Assembly: GCA_034421515.1 (NCBI GenBank)
Contig: DAOUKH010000019.1
Span: 14,794 to 78,793, forward strand
DNA length: 64,000 nt
Source: Dehalococcoidia bacterium
Lineage (GTDB): Bacteria > Chloroflexota > Dehalococcoidia > SHYB01
Reading direction: 5' to 3'
Every line of letters starts with the position of its first letter. Position 1 is the stretch's first letter. Made by a program: the position numbers and the translations under genes. Below the pieces are notes generated by a model, which was not told the DNA's origin, did no database searches, and saw nothing but the letters and a program-made list of their open reading frames with translations. Positions 25,572-35,311 of this stretch are shown one piece after another.

Positions 25572-26050
25572 CAGGAGTCGGACTCGATCAGCGCGACGGC
25601 CTGGGCCGAGACGCCGTCCCCCGTCCCCTCGAAGCCCAGGCCGTTGGATGACTTGGCCTTGACGTTGATCCGGGACGCATCGACGCCGAGCGCCGCGGCG
25701 GTCCGTTCTTGCATCTCGGGGAGGTAGGCCGCCAGTTTGGGCCTCTGAAGGATGATTGTAGCATCGACATTTCCCACCCGCCAACGATGCTCCCGGAGGA
25801 GGACCACGGTCTGCTCCAAGAACGTGAGGCTGGGCGCGTCCTTGTACCGCGGGTCGGATGGAGGGAAGTGTTGGCCGATGTCGCCCAGGCCGGCGGCGCC
25901 GAGGAGCGCGTCGACGATGGCGTGCGAGAGCGGGTCGGCGTCGCTGTGGCCGTCGGGACCGAGGTCGGAGGGAACGACCACGCCCGCGAGCGTCAGCGGG
26001 CGTCCCGCGACGAGCGGGTGGGCGTCCCAGCCGAGGCCGACGCGGATCAT
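25571..26050 (-). CDS. ispF: 2-C-methyl-D-erythritol 2,4-cyclodiphosphate synthase
   Basis: MIRVGLGWDAHPL...GHSDADPLSHAIVDALLGAAGLGDIGQHFP is the canonical IspF sequence. 159 aa. Confidence 0.95.
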   Translation of the reverse strand: MIRVGLGWDAHPLVAGRPLTLAGVVVPSDLGPDGHSDADPLSHAIVDALLGAAGLGDIGQHFPPSDPRYKDAPSLTFLEQTVVLLREHRWRVGNVDATIILQRPKLAAYLPEMQERTAAALGVDASRINVKAKSSNGLGFEGTGDGVSAQAVALIESDS

Positions 26051-26772
26051 GCCGGGGCCTCCGTGGCGCGCCGGAGCAGTGTCGCCGCTACGTCGAGGTC
26101 TTCGGGTGTGGTCACCTTGATGTTGTCGTAGGAGCCGCGGAAGACCTTGACCGCGTGTCCCAGCCGCTCGACGAGCGCGGCGTCGTCGGTGACGTTCTCG
26201 TCGCCCGCGGCGTAAGCGGCGCGAAGCAGGTCGAGACGGAAGACCTGCGGGGTCTGGACCGCCCACAGCGCGGCGCGCTCTGGCGTCTCGACGACCACGC
26301 CGTTGGCGTCGACGACCTTGATCGTGTCCTTGACCGGCATGGCGGCGACGGCGGCGCCGCACTCGGCAGCGGCGTCGATACCGCGGTCGATGACGTCGCC
26401 GGTGACACAGGGGCGGGCGCCGTCGTGGACCAGGACCCAGCGGCAGCCGGGGGGCAGGGCGTCGAGACCGGCTGCCACGGAGTCCTGTCGGCGGTCCCCG
26501 CCTGCCACGACGGCGGCGACTTTGCTCCAACCCATCTCGCGGGCGAGGTCGCGGCCCGGCTCGACAGAGTCGGCGTGCAGGACGACGACGGCGGCCCCCA
26601 CGCGGGGGTGGGCTTCGAACGCGGCGACGCTGTGCGCCAGAACGGCGCGCCCTTCGAGCGGCGCGAAGATCTTGTCGACGCCGCCCATGCGGCTGCTCGA
26701 CCCGGCGGCGGCGATGACCGCGCCGGTGTTCGCCGCCGTCGGCGATGGATATTTCTCGTTTCGCGCCGTCAT
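26047..26772 (-). CDS. ispD: 2-C-methyl-D-erythritol 4-phosphate cytidylyltransferase
   Basis: VIAAAGSSSRMGGVDKIF...VLVHDGARP...QTPQVF. There is a 4-nt overlap with ispF. Confidence 0.95.
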   Translation of the reverse strand: MTARNEKYPSPTAANTGAVIAAAGSSSRMGGVDKIFAPLEGRAVLAHSVAAFEAHPRVGAAVVVLHADSVEPGRDLAREMGWSKVAAVVAGGDRRQDSVAAGLDALPPGCRWVLVHDGARPCVTGDVIDRGIDAAAECGAAVAAMPVKDTIKVVDANGVVVETPERAALWAVQTPQVFRLDLLRAAYAAGDENVTDDAALVERLGHAVKVFRGSYDNIKVTTPEDLDVAATLLRRATEAPA

Positions 26773-26777
26773 GCTTG

Positions 26778-27419
26778 CTAGATGAAGACGTCCTTGATCC
26801 AGGTGACGCTCTGCGCGCCGGCGTAGGCGATGCCGACGTTCTTGATTGTCTTGCCCGTCCAGGCGATGAGCAAGAAGCGGCGGAGCGGATAGCGGAGCGC
26901 GCCCGCCGCGATCCCCAGCACGTCGAAGACGGGGTTGGGGATGACGCTCACGATGAAGATCACCCAGCCCCCGCGCTTCCGCACCCAACGCTCGAACCGA
27001 TTATAGAGCCGGCTCTTGTCGATGACCCCCTTGCCGCTGTAGCCGAGGGCATAACCGGTGATCTCGCCCATAGCCTCGCCGACCCCGGCGAGCAGGCCGA
27101 CGAAGATCGGGTTCAACAGGTCGCCTCCGACGAAGACGGCGAGCGTGCTGGGCAACGGGATGACGAGCCCCCCCGCGCCGACGAGCGACAGGGTGAAGAT
27201 TGCCGGGTAACCCAGCCGCTGCACTAGACCTTCAGCGTCGGAAAGGTCGTTGCGGAAGACGAGCGCGACGGCAACCACGACGATGACGAGCCCGAGGATG
27301 ATCCAGCGGAAGTGGCTGGGGTCAAAGGGGAGGGGCAGCGCCTCTTCGGGGACGGCGAAGTCCTGCGCCGCCGCTTCCACTTCGTCGGCGGGGTCGCCCG
27401 CTATCGGCTCAGGGCCCAT
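26778..27419 (-). CDS. VTT-domain (DedA/YqaA-like) membrane protein
   Basis: 213 aa, polytopic, with the pattern G....P.P........G......F..........G...GY..G. It lies directly upstream of ispD. Confidence 0.7.
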   Translation of the reverse strand: MGPEPIAGDPADEVEAAAQDFAVPEEALPLPFDPSHFRWIILGLVIVVVAVALVFRNDLSDAEGLVQRLGYPAIFTLSLVGAGGLVIPLPSTLAVFVGGDLLNPIFVGLLAGVGEAMGEITGYALGYSGKGVIDKSRLYNRFERWVRKRGGWVIFIVSVIPNPVFDVLGIAAGALRYPLRRFLLIAWTGKTIKNVGIAYAGAQSVTWIKDVFI

Positions 27420-27439
27420 GAATCCAGATTAAGCCGCCG

Positions 27440-27717
27440 CGCTACGAGCGCGCAACCGGGACCCCCTGCCCCCTCTCTCGCTGGACACCTTGGCACAACC
27501 GGCAATGCCGGCAGCGGATCATCCGTGTAGGGGCAACCCTCGTGGTTGCCCAGGGGTGCGGGCGGGGTCTTCTCCCCTCCTGCCTCTCTCCCTCTGGGAG
27601 AAACTGAGAGAGGGCTGGGGTGGGGCGCGGTGGGGCGCGGGGGTCTTCCCCCTCTCCCGCTGGGAGAGGGTTGGGGTGAGGGCGGGGCGCACCAAACCTC
27701 CCAAAGTCGGCTCGGCT
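27440..27717. repeat. interspersed mosaic hairpin repeats, cluster R3
   Basis: 27516-27576 matches 35094-35154 over 61 bp with 1 mismatch (GGATCATCC(G/A)TGTAGGGGCAACCCTCGTGGTTGCCCAGGGGTGCGGGCGGGGTCTTCTCCC). TCTCCCTCTGGGAGA-type hairpins are also present. Confidence 0.85.
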
Positions 27718-28551
27718 CTAGCCCACGGACTCCACAAAGCCCCCAAGCAGCCGGTTGAACTCGTCGGGGTGCTCATATTGGGGCCAATGGCCGCAGGCGT
27801 CGAAGACGTGCAGCGTGGCGCCGGGTATGGCGCGAGCCGCCTGCTCTGCCTGCCGGACGGGAAAGAGCGGGTCCTGCGCGCCCCAGACGATCAAGGTAGG
27901 CACTGACAGCGACAACAGGCTCGCGTCCCGGCGCGTAGCCGGACGCTGCCCAAACAGACCGACGCCGGTGCGGAGGAAGCGGAGCAGCGCCTGCGCCGAC
28001 CCCTCTCGTTTCAGGTATGCGAGGCGGAGGGGCAGCTCGTCTTCGTCCACCAGGGCGGGGTCGTGGACTAGCCAGCGGACGAGGTTGCGGACACCCTTCA
28101 GGGTGGGCCGCCGGGCATATTCCCCGAGGAGCGGAAGGGAACCCAACCGGAGCACAAGCGAGATCTCCCGGCCCAGGCCTGCGCTGTCGGCGAGCGTGAG
28201 GGAGGCCACGCGCTCGGGCCGCGCCAGCGCGAGCTCGAGGGCCACGGCGCCGCCCATCGAGTTGCCGACGAGGTGGGCGCGGTCGACGCCTACCTCGTCG
28301 AGGAACGAGGCGACGAAGGCCGCGCCCTCGGGAAGGCCGAACCGGACCTTGGGCATGTCGGAGAGGCCGTGGCCGGGAAGGTCGAGAGCAATGACCCGAA
28401 AGTGGTGGCTCAGCGCCTCGACGTTCTTCCGCCAGGTGATAACGGAGTTCGCCAGCCCATGCACAAACACGATGGCCGGCCCGGCGCCTTCCTCCCAGTA
28501 CCGCACGCGGTGCCCTTCGACGGTCGCGTACCGGTCGGGTGGGAAGTCCAT
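27718..28551 (-). CDS. alpha/beta-fold hydrolase
   Basis: HG oxyanion motif (IVFVHGL), nucleophile elbow GNSMGG, and a C-terminal ...CGHWPQYEHPDEF. Confidence 0.85.
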   Translation of the reverse strand: MDFPPDRYATVEGHRVRYWEEGAGPAIVFVHGLANSVITWRKNVEALSHHFRVIALDLPGHGLSDMPKVRFGLPEGAAFVASFLDEVGVDRAHLVGNSMGGAVALELALARPERVASLTLADSAGLGREISLVLRLGSLPLLGEYARRPTLKGVRNLVRWLVHDPALVDEDELPLRLAYLKREGSAQALLRFLRTGVGLFGQRPATRRDASLLSLSVPTLIVWGAQDPLFPVRQAEQAARAIPGATLHVFDACGHWPQYEHPDEFNRLLGGFVESVG

Positions 28552-28599
28552 GTGCTGCCGCCAAGCCCGCCGACTCGTGGGGCCCCGGCGGGTCTGCGC

Positions 28600-31014
28600 C
28601 TACGCCGCCTGCTTGCCTTCGCCCAAGGCGAACGCGGGCTGGCCGTCCTCGATGCTCACGGCGATGCGGGATCCTTCAGGGAATTCGCCGCTGAGGATGC
28701 GCTTGGCCAGCGGGTTCTCGATCGAGCGCTGGATCGTGCGGCGCAGCGGCCTCGCGCCGTAGGTCGGGTCGTATCCCTCGGCGGCGAGCCAGTCCTTGGC
28801 CTCCTGCGTAAGCTCGATGGCGATTCGGCGGTCTTCGAGGCGCCGCTCCACCTCGGCGATGAGCAGGTCGACGATGCGGCCGATCTCTTCTCGGCTCAGG
28901 GGCTCGAAGACGATGATCTCGTCGATGCGGTTGAGGAGCTCGGGGCGGAAGGCCCGCTTGATTGCCTCGTCGATCGAGCGCCGCATCTTCTCGACTTCGC
29001 CGCCGTTCGGTCCGTTCTCGGGCCTGAAGCCGAAGCCGGAGCGGCGGAGGTCGCTCGTACCAAGGTTGCTCGTCATGATGACGATGGTGTTCTTGAAGTC
29101 CACCGTGCGGCCGTGGCTGTCGGTCAAGCGTCCGTCTTCCAGGATCTGGAGCAGGACGTTGAAGACGTCGGGGTGCGCTTTCTCCACCTCGTCCAGGAGG
29201 ACGACCCGGAACGGGCGGCGGCGCACCGCCTCGGTGAGCTGGCCCCCTTCGTCGTAGCCGATGTAGCCGGGCGGGGCGCCGATGAGGCGCGAGACGGTGT
29301 GCTTCTCCATGTACTCCGACATGTCGAGCCGCACGATGGAGTCTTCGTTGTCGAACATAAACTCGGCCAGCGCCTTGGCGAGCTCGGTCTTCCCCACGCC
29401 GGTGGGGCCGGCGAAGACGAACGAGCCGATGGGGCGCTTGGGGTCCTTCAGCCCCGACCGGGCGCGGCGCAGGGCGTCGGAGACCGCCACGATGGCCTCC
29501 TCCTGACCGATGACGCGTTCGTGCAGGCGCTCCTCCATGGCGAGAAGCTTCTTGGCCTCGCCTTCGAGGAGCCGCGAGACGGTGATGCCGGTCCAGGCCC
29601 CGATGACCTCGGCAACGGTCTCCTCGGTAACGCGGCCCTCTGCCTTGCCGCTGCTGCGCCACGCGTCGTGCATGCGGTCGTACTCCTCCTCGGCCTGCAT
29701 GCGCTCCGTCTTGATGCGCGCGGAGCTTTCGTAGTCCTCCCGCTCGTGGGTGGCTTCCTCCTCATTCTTCAGCCTGGTGAGGCGCAGCTCGAGGTCGCGG
29801 ACGTCGGACGGTGCGCTCTGCGAGTCGATACGCACCTTGCTCGCCGCTTCGTCGATCAGGTCGATGGCCTTGTCGGGAAGGAAGCGCTCGGTCAGGTAGC
29901 GCGCGGAAAGGCGGGCCGCGGCCTCCAGCGCCGCGTCGTCGATCTCGACCTTGTGGTGTGCCTCGTAGCGAGGCTTGATGCCCTTGAGGATTTCGATGGT
30001 GTCTTCGACGCTCGGCTCGTCGAGATAAACCGGCGAGAAGCGGCGGGTCAGGGCCGCGTCCTTCTCGATATGCTTGCGGAACTCGTCGAGCGTCGTCGCG
30101 CCGACGCACTGCAGGTCGCCCCGCGCCAGGGCGGGTTTGAGCATGTTGCTGGCGTCGATGGCGCCCTCGGCCGCGCCCGCGCCGACCACGGTGTGGATCT
30201 CGTCGATGAAGAGGACGATCTCGCCCTCAGCCTCCTTGATTTCGTCCATGACGGCCTTCAGGCGCTCCTCGAACTCGCCCCGGAACTTCGACCCGGCGAC
30301 CAGCGCGCCGAGGTCGAGGGAGAGGACGCGCCGGCCCTTCAGCGAGTCGGGCACGTCGTCGAAGGCGATCCGCTGCGCAAGGCCCTCGACGACGGCGGTC
30401 TTGCCCACGCCGGCCTCGCCGATGACGACAGGGTTGTTCTTCGAGCGCCGCGTCAGAATCTGGACGACGCGCCTGGTCTCCGCGTCGCGGCCGATCACGG
30501 GGTCGAGCTTGTTCTCCTTGGCTAGGGCGGTGAGGTCGAGGCTGTACTTGGCCAGAGCGCCGTTGGTGCTGTCCTCGCTTGGGACTTCGCCAAGCGCGGA
30601 CCACACCCTGTCCTGGGTAATGCCGAACTCGCGGAGGATAGCCGCGGTCGCCCCCTCGGTTTCTTGAGTGAGCGCGACCAGCACGTGCTCGACTCCGATA
30701 GGGTCCTGTTTGAGGCGCTTCGCCTCGTCCTCGGCGGCCGTGAAGAGCCGGTCGACGCGGGGCGTCAGGTAGATCTCGTTGCCGGGATTGTCCACCTTAG
30801 GGCTCTCGCCAAGCGCCGCGCGTATCCGCCGCTCGACCTCCGTCGTGTCGACGCCCAGGCTACTGAGCACCTTCTCGCCGACGCCGTTCCTCTGCCTGAC
30901 AAGGGCAAGGAAGACGTGCTCGACGTCCCATTGGTTGTGGGAATACTCGCGCACGAAGCGTTGGGAGTCTTCGATGACTTCCTGCGCCTGTGCGGTAAAT
31001 CGTTCCGGTCTCAT
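28600..31014 (-). CDS. Clp/Hsp100 AAA+ chaperone, ClpC-like (short middle domain)
   Basis: 804 aa. Duplicated Clp_N repeat at the N-terminus, two Walker A motifs ([16 protein letters not shown]), and a short UVR-like middle segment ([21 protein letters not shown]) rather than the long ClpB coiled coil. Confidence 0.85.
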   Translation of the reverse strand: MRPERFTAQAQEVIEDSQRFVREYSHNQWDVEHVFLALVRQRNGVGEKVLSSLGVDTTEVERRIRAALGESPKVDNPGNEIYLTPRVDRLFTAAEDEAKRLKQDPIGVEHVLVALTQETEGATAAILREFGITQDRVWSALGEVPSEDSTNGALAKYSLDLTALAKENKLDPVIGRDAETRRVVQILTRRSKNNPVVIGEAGVGKTAVVEGLAQRIAFDDVPDSLKGRRVLSLDLGALVAGSKFRGEFEERLKAVMDEIKEAEGEIVLFIDEIHTVVGAGAAEGAIDASNMLKPALARGDLQCVGATTLDEFRKHIEKDAALTRRFSPVYLDEPSVEDTIEILKGIKPRYEAHHKVEIDDAALEAAARLSARYLTERFLPDKAIDLIDEAASKVRIDSQSAPSDVRDLELRLTRLKNEEEATHEREDYESSARIKTERMQAEEEYDRMHDAWRSSGKAEGRVTEETVAEVIGAWTGITVSRLLEGEAKKLLAMEERLHERVIGQEEAIVAVSDALRRARSGLKDPKRPIGSFVFAGPTGVGKTELAKALAEFMFDNEDSIVRLDMSEYMEKHTVSRLIGAPPGYIGYDEGGQLTEAVRRRPFRVVLLDEVEKAHPDVFNVLLQILEDGRLTDSHGRTVDFKNTIVIMTSNLGTSDLRRSGFGFRPENGPNGGEVEKMRRSIDEAIKRAFRPELLNRIDEIIVFEPLSREEIGRIVDLLIAEVERRLEDRRIAIELTQEAKDWLAAEGYDPTYGARPLRRTIQRSIENPLAKRILSGEFPEGSRIAVSIEDGQPAFALGEGKQAA

Positions 31015-31057
31015 CTTCTTCCTCCCGTCCGGCGAGCGGCGGGCCTTGCGCTCCAGT

Positions 31058-31960
31058 TTAGCCGCGGAGGTCCTGGAGTTCTTGGAAGAGCGCCCGCTCC
31101 CGCTCGGAGAGATTGGCGGGCAATTGGACGACCACCTTGGCGTACAGGTCGCCCGCGCCGCCGCCCTTCAGGCGCGGCATCCCCTTGCCGCGCAGGCGGA
31201 AGCTCTTGCCGTTCTGCGTCTCGGGCGGAATCTTGAGGGCTACCTTACCGGAGAGCGTGGGGACCTCGACCTCGGTTCCCAGCACCGCGCCGGTCAGCGC
31301 GACCGGGATGTTGGTGTGGAGGTCGTCGCCCCGCCGCTCGAACGCGGCGTGCGGCAGCACCCGGACGACGAGGTGCAGGTCGCCGCTCGGCCCGCCGCCC
31401 ATGCCCGGGTGCCCCTCACCGGCGACGCGCACACGGGAGTCGGTCTTGACACCCTTGGGAATCTTGACCTCGATACGCCGGGGGCGACCCTGCTCGTCCC
31501 GCAGGGTCAGCGTCCGCTGCGAGCCCTGGAAGGCCTCTTCCAGCGAGACGTCGACGCGGTGGTCGAGGTCGCGGCCCCGCATCCGGGCCGGCCGGCCGCC
31601 TCCGAACATGGAGCCGAGCACGTCGTCGAACCCGCCGAACCCCTCGAATCCGCCCCGGCGACCGCCGCCCGAGGCCCAGCGCCACGCACCGGAACCGCCC
31701 CGGCCTCCGACGCCGGCCTTCTCGAACTCCTCGGCGTGCTTCCAGTCGCGGCCGTACTTGTCATAAGCCTTGCGGTTCTTCTCATCGGAGAGCACCTCGT
31801 AGGCCTCGTTGACCTGCTTGAACTTGCGCTCCGACGCCTCGTCGCCCGGGTTCACGTCGGGGTGATGCTCGCGGGCCAGCTTGCGGAAGGCCTGCTTGAT
31901 GTCCTTTTGGCTGGCGTCGCGGGGGACGCCGAGCACCGTGTAGAGGTCTTGCTCCGGCAT
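31058..31960 (-). CDS. DnaJ-class co-chaperone without zinc finger (CbpA-like)
   Basis: J domain DLYTVLGV...HHPDVNPGD...AYEVLSD, a Gly-rich linker and a C-terminal substrate-binding domain. No CxxCxGxG repeats. Confidence 0.9.
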   Translation of the reverse strand: MPEQDLYTVLGVPRDASQKDIKQAFRKLAREHHPDVNPGDEASERKFKQVNEAYEVLSDEKNRKAYDKYGRDWKHAEEFEKAGVGGRGGSGAWRWASGGGRRGGFEGFGGFDDVLGSMFGGGRPARMRGRDLDHRVDVSLEEAFQGSQRTLTLRDEQGRPRRIEVKIPKGVKTDSRVRVAGEGHPGMGGGPSGDLHLVVRVLPHAAFERRGDDLHTNIPVALTGAVLGTEVEVPTLSGKVALKIPPETQNGKSFRLRGKGMPRLKGGGAGDLYAKVVVQLPANLSERERALFQELQDLRG

Positions 31961-31989
31961 GATTGCCGCTCCTGAGAGCTTACACCGGC

Positions 31990-32019
31990 ATTATATCTCG
32001 CTACAGTATTCTTAATCAA
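31990..32019 (-). promoter_or_regulatory. sigma70-type promoter for the dnaJ-like/clpC-like operon
   Basis: The reverse strand reads TTGATT (32019-32014), 18-nt spacer, TATAAT (31995-31990). It sits in a strikingly AT-rich gap. Confidence 0.55.
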
Positions 32020-32020
32020 G

Positions 32021-32036
32021 CAATATAATCATATTG
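32021..32036. promoter_or_regulatory. perfect palindrome between divergent heat-shock promoters (operator candidate)
   Basis: CAATAT-AATC-ATATTG (6-4-6). It matches neither CIRCE nor HAIR as I remember their consensus sequences. Confidence 0.4.
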
Positions 32037-32048
32037 GTACACATCTAC

Positions 32049-32077
32049 TTGACATGAAATATATCAATGTATATACT
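32049..32077 (+). promoter_or_regulatory. near-consensus sigma70 promoter for hsp20
   Basis: TTGACA (32049-32054), 17-nt spacer, TATACT (32072-32077). Confidence 0.65.
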
Positions 32078-32133
32078 GCACAATAAGTCAGTAGGGGCGG
32101 AAGCCCCAACCATTTTCAACGAGGAGGATTCGT

Positions 32134-32577
32134 ATGAGCAACCTGGTCCGATGGAGCCCGTTCCGACACGTCTCCCCGTTCCCGAGGCGGTACCTCCGCC
32201 ACCGCGCCTTCGCGCCGGCATGGTTCGGGGACCTCCCCGCGTCCTTCCACGGACGCCTCCCGTCCTACGGCTTCGACATCGACGAGAACGACGGCGCCTA
32301 CGTGGTGAGCGCCGCGGTGCCGGGACTCGCGCCCGACGACATCAAGGTCGAGCTCGAGGGCCGCTCCCTCACCATTTCGGGCGAGGCCAAGGCGGAGGAG
32401 GAGAGCGGCGACGGCTACCGCCGCAAGAGCTTCGGCTCCCTCCACCGCGCCTTGCGCCTTCCCGAAGGCGTCGACCCCGATTCGATCACCGCGTCCTGCG
32501 AGAACGGCGTCCTGACCGTCACCATCCCCAAGCCCGAAGCGGCTCGGGCCAAGGCAATCGAGGTGAAGGCCGCCTAG
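32134..32577 (+). CDS. Hsp20/alpha-crystallin small heat-shock protein
   Basis: A GAGGAGGA ribosome-binding site precedes the ATG. Alpha-crystallin core DIDENDGAYVVSAAVPGLAPDDIKVELEGRSLTISGE...G.F.R...LP..VD...I.A...NGVL.V..PK. Confidence 0.95.
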   Translation: MSNLVRWSPFRHVSPFPRRYLRHRAFAPAWFGDLPASFHGRLPSYGFDIDENDGAYVVSAAVPGLAPDDIKVELEGRSLTISGEAKAEEESGDGYRRKSFGSLHRALRLPEGVDPDSITASCENGVLTVTIPKPEAARAKAIEVKAA

Positions 32578-32604
32578 CCGTCCGCAGCGGCATCGGACGC
32601 GGAG

Positions 32605-32636
32605 AAGGGGCCGTCACGTGCGGCCCCTTCGTTTTG
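32605..32636 (+). terminator. intrinsic terminator after hsp20
   Basis: AAGGGGCCG-TCACGTG-CGGCCCCTT stem-loop followed by CGTTTTG. Confidence 0.7.
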
Positions 32637-32646
32637 CCCCGCGCTC

Positions 32647-33684
32647 CTACCACCCCTGCACGACGGGCATGATCTCCCGCACGAAAAGCTCGAAGGACGA
32701 CTCGAACTCCTTCAGCGGTACCCCGGGCGGCGGCGTCCGGATGATCAAGTCCGTCGGCCTCAAGCCGTCCCAAAACCAGGTCGCGCGGAGCTCTTCGAGG
32801 TTCCGCAGAATCGTGTCCGGCGAGCCGACCATCTCGTCGCCGTAGACTCCCGGCTTGATCGCCGTCTTTGTGATCTCGCCGGCGGGGGTCCCGGTGAGGG
32901 GCGTGTCGCCGAACTCGGCGATGATCGTGTCGAAGAAGGCCCGCCGGTACTGGTAGTGGGGCCGCAGACGCTCCCAGACCTTGTCGGGGTCGTCCTTGGT
33001 GACGATCGCGGACAGGCTCACGGTCACCCGGTAGCCGTCGAACGGTTCGCCCCGCGCCTTCAGTCCTTGCGCGTAGGTGCGGTAGACCTCCGGATCGGTG
33101 CTGCCCGGCTTGAGGTTGCAGCCAAGGCGGGCGGCGCGCTCCGAGGCGGCCGGCGTACGCGTCGCCACCCAGATGGGCAGCGGCTGCTGCATCGGCTTCG
33201 GCTGCACCTCCGCGTCGTCGATCGTGAAGCGCCGCCCGTGGAAGTTGACCCGGTCCTCGGTCCACGCCCGGCGCATGATCTCGATCCCTTCCTCCATGCG
33301 CGACGGCCGTTGGTTCTTCGGTACGCCGAGGATCTCGAACTCCTTCAGCCGGTGGCCGATGCCGACGCCCACGTCAAGCCGGCCCCGGAGCAACTGGTCG
33401 AGGACGGCCATCTCCTCAGCGACAAGCAACGGATGATACAGCGGCAGGATCTTGATGGACGAGCCGATCCGTATCCGCGTGGTCCGCATGGCCAGCGCGC
33501 CGACGAAGGCGGCGAACGACGGGCCGTACGCCGACTCCTCGAAGTGGTGCTGTTGGATCCAGACCTGGTCGAAGCCCCAGTCCTCCACCATCGCCATGTG
33601 GTCGAGGGTGTCGTGGTAGAGCGCGTCGTAGGGTACGCGCCACTGGGGCGGGTTACGGATGTCGTAGGTGACGCCGATCTTCAT
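32647..33684 (-). CDS. LLM-class (luciferase-like) flavin-dependent oxidoreductase
   Basis: MKIGVTYD.... The pattern ...GFDQVWIQQHHF..., ...LDQLL.GRLDVGVGIGH... is typical of luciferase-like monooxygenases. ATG at 33684. Confidence 0.8.
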   Translation of the reverse strand: MKIGVTYDIRNPPQWRVPYDALYHDTLDHMAMVEDWGFDQVWIQQHHFEESAYGPSFAAFVGALAMRTTRIRIGSSIKILPLYHPLLVAEEMAVLDQLLRGRLDVGVGIGHRLKEFEILGVPKNQRPSRMEEGIEIMRRAWTEDRVNFHGRRFTIDDAEVQPKPMQQPLPIWVATRTPAASERAARLGCNLKPGSTDPEVYRTYAQGLKARGEPFDGYRVTVSLSAIVTKDDPDKVWERLRPHYQYRRAFFDTIIAEFGDTPLTGTPAGEITKTAIKPGVYGDEMVGSPDTILRNLEELRATWFWDGLRPTDLIIRTPPPGVPLKEFESSFELFVREIMPVVQGW

Positions 33685-33710
33685 GGGCAGCGATTCTACT
33701 GCATCGCCGG

Positions 33711-34670
33711 CTACTTGATGGCGATGGCGTTGGCCGGCGAGCCGACACCCCGCGGCAGGTTGAGGGGGACGGCGACGACCATGCACTCGTAGACGCCCTC
33801 CCGGGCGCAGTCGTCGGCCAGGGTCTCGAAGGTCCAGAGTTCGCCGAGCGCCATGCCGAGAAGCGGGATGAGCCGTCGGTGGAGAAAGCCGGCCTCGGGG
33901 CTGCCGGGAGAGTCCTCGACAGCGGGGTTGTCGGCGGCGACCAGCGAGAATCCGGCGTCCCAGAGGAAGGCGGCGCTCTCCTCAACCGCGCTCAGCCCTG
34001 GACTCTCCAGGCCGCCGGGGCCGAGGTGCTGGGGCAGCGCGGCCCGTTGCTCTTCGGAGAGGGACAGGTAGTGCGCCATCCAGCCGGTGCGGAGGAGGAG
34101 CATGTCGCCCTCCTCCGGCTCGACACCTTGGGCCGCGAGCGCGGCTTCGAGTATGTCCGGCTGCCACGCCGTGTCCCGCGACGGGTCGAACGGCTCGCCC
34201 CGCGAGGCGAAGTAGCGCGGCATGTCGAGCAGCAGGCCGCGCCCCACGATGCCGTGGTCGGCCCACCGGTCGATGCCGAGCGCGCCGCCGTCGACGGCGG
34301 CCTTCTCCAGCCCGTTGTAGAAGCCGAACTCGCGGTAGCGCATGTGCGACAGCGCGTCGATCTGGCTGGAGGCTTGGTTCCAGAGGTCGTCGATCTTGTC
34401 GTCGCGGGAGTTGCGTTCAGGCTCGACGATCTCGTGACGGTACGGCTTGCGGCGCTCGACGATCGGCGGGTTGGGCTCGTTCAGCGGAAGCGACAGGTTG
34501 AAGACAGCCCCCCGGTGCACCGTGCGCGCCGCCCGCGCGATGCGCTCCGGCGTGAGCCGGGCGATGGTGCCGAGCTCGTCGCCGTCGCCGAAGACGCCCC
34601 AAGCGTGGCGGTACCCCGTCTTCTCGATCACCGGCAGGTCCTTGTACGGCGGCGTCATGCGCTCGGCCAT
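33711..34670 (-). CDS. cyclase family protein (kynurenine-formamidase-like fold)
   Basis: About 319 aa. The segments ...QIDALSH..., ...GRGLLLD..., ...GDMLLLRTGW... are typical of the putative cyclase family. Confidence 0.7.
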   Translation of the reverse strand: MAERMTPPYKDLPVIEKTGYRHAWGVFGDGDELGTIARLTPERIARAARTVHRGAVFNLSLPLNEPNPPIVERRKPYRHEIVEPERNSRDDKIDDLWNQASSQIDALSHMRYREFGFYNGLEKAAVDGGALGIDRWADHGIVGRGLLLDMPRYFASRGEPFDPSRDTAWQPDILEAALAAQGVEPEEGDMLLLRTGWMAHYLSLSEEQRAALPQHLGPGGLESPGLSAVEESAAFLWDAGFSLVAADNPAVEDSPGSPEAGFLHRRLIPLLGMALGELWTFETLADDCAREGVYECMVVAVPLNLPRGVGSPANAIAIK

Positions 34671-34695
34671 GGCTGTTCCTTTCGTCGGCTGCGCG

Positions 34696-34971
34696 TCAGC
34701 GGTAGAGCTCCAGTTGGAATCGCACCGGCCCGGTGATCTCGACCCGGTGCGGCACTTCCGGCTCGGCGACGCCGGTCCGGTCCGGCGCCAGCTCGTGCTC
34801 CTCCACGTCCGGGCCAATAATGCAGTAGCGCAGCGAGCCCTCCAGCACTACGACCTTTGCCCACACCCCAGGCTTCGTCTCGTGCGATTCAAGCAAGTGG
34901 CCCGGCGCGGTCGTCTCCGTAAACTCCGGCGTCGCCGCGTAGCGCGACACGTTGTCGGGGATCGTCTTCAA
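34696..34971 (-). CDS. DUF1971 domain protein
   Basis: 91 aa, TTG start. ...TPEFTETTAPGHLLESHETKPGVWAKVVVLEGSLRY... matches the TehB-N-terminal-like DUF1971 pattern. Confidence 0.7.
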   Translation of the reverse strand: MKTIPDNVSRYAATPEFTETTAPGHLLESHETKPGVWAKVVVLEGSLRYCIIGPDVEEHELAPDRTGVAEPEVPHRVEITGPVRFQLELYR

Positions 34972-34984
34972 GATTCACCTACCG

Positions 34985-35311
34985 GTTGCCGCAATGTTGG
35001 ACTGCCGCCCCGCCTCTCCGCAAGAGGCCGGCCCGCGGAGCGGTCCCAGACCCTTCCCCTCTGGAGACCGTTGCACAACTCGTCGGCGCCGGCGGATCAT
35101 CCATGTAGGGGCAACCCTCGTGGTTGCCCAGGGGTGCGGGCGGGGTCTTCTCCCTTCCCCCGTAGGGGCGATTCACGAATCGCCCGTTCCCTATCCTCCG
35201 AACGGCCTTGTGGGGCTCGGCCAAGGTTACGCAAGGGTCTCCCCTCTGGGGGAGATTTGAGAGAGGGCGCGCGCCGTCAGGCGCGCGGGCGCCCGCAGGG
35301 CGCCGCTCTCC
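34985..35311. repeat. interspersed mosaic hairpin repeats, cluster R4
   Basis: 35094-35154 is near-identical to 27516-27576. 35238-35303 is the reverse complement of 51505-51571. GTAGGGGCGATTCACGAATCGCCC...GGTTACGCAAGGGTCTCCCC parallels 22628-22700. Confidence 0.85.

Noticed and set aside
28273-30525. 750-aa + strand ORF
   Set aside because: It is antisense to the unmistakable Clp/Hsp100 gene. Its composition is low-complexity (A/G/R/D/L/V) and it has no motifs.
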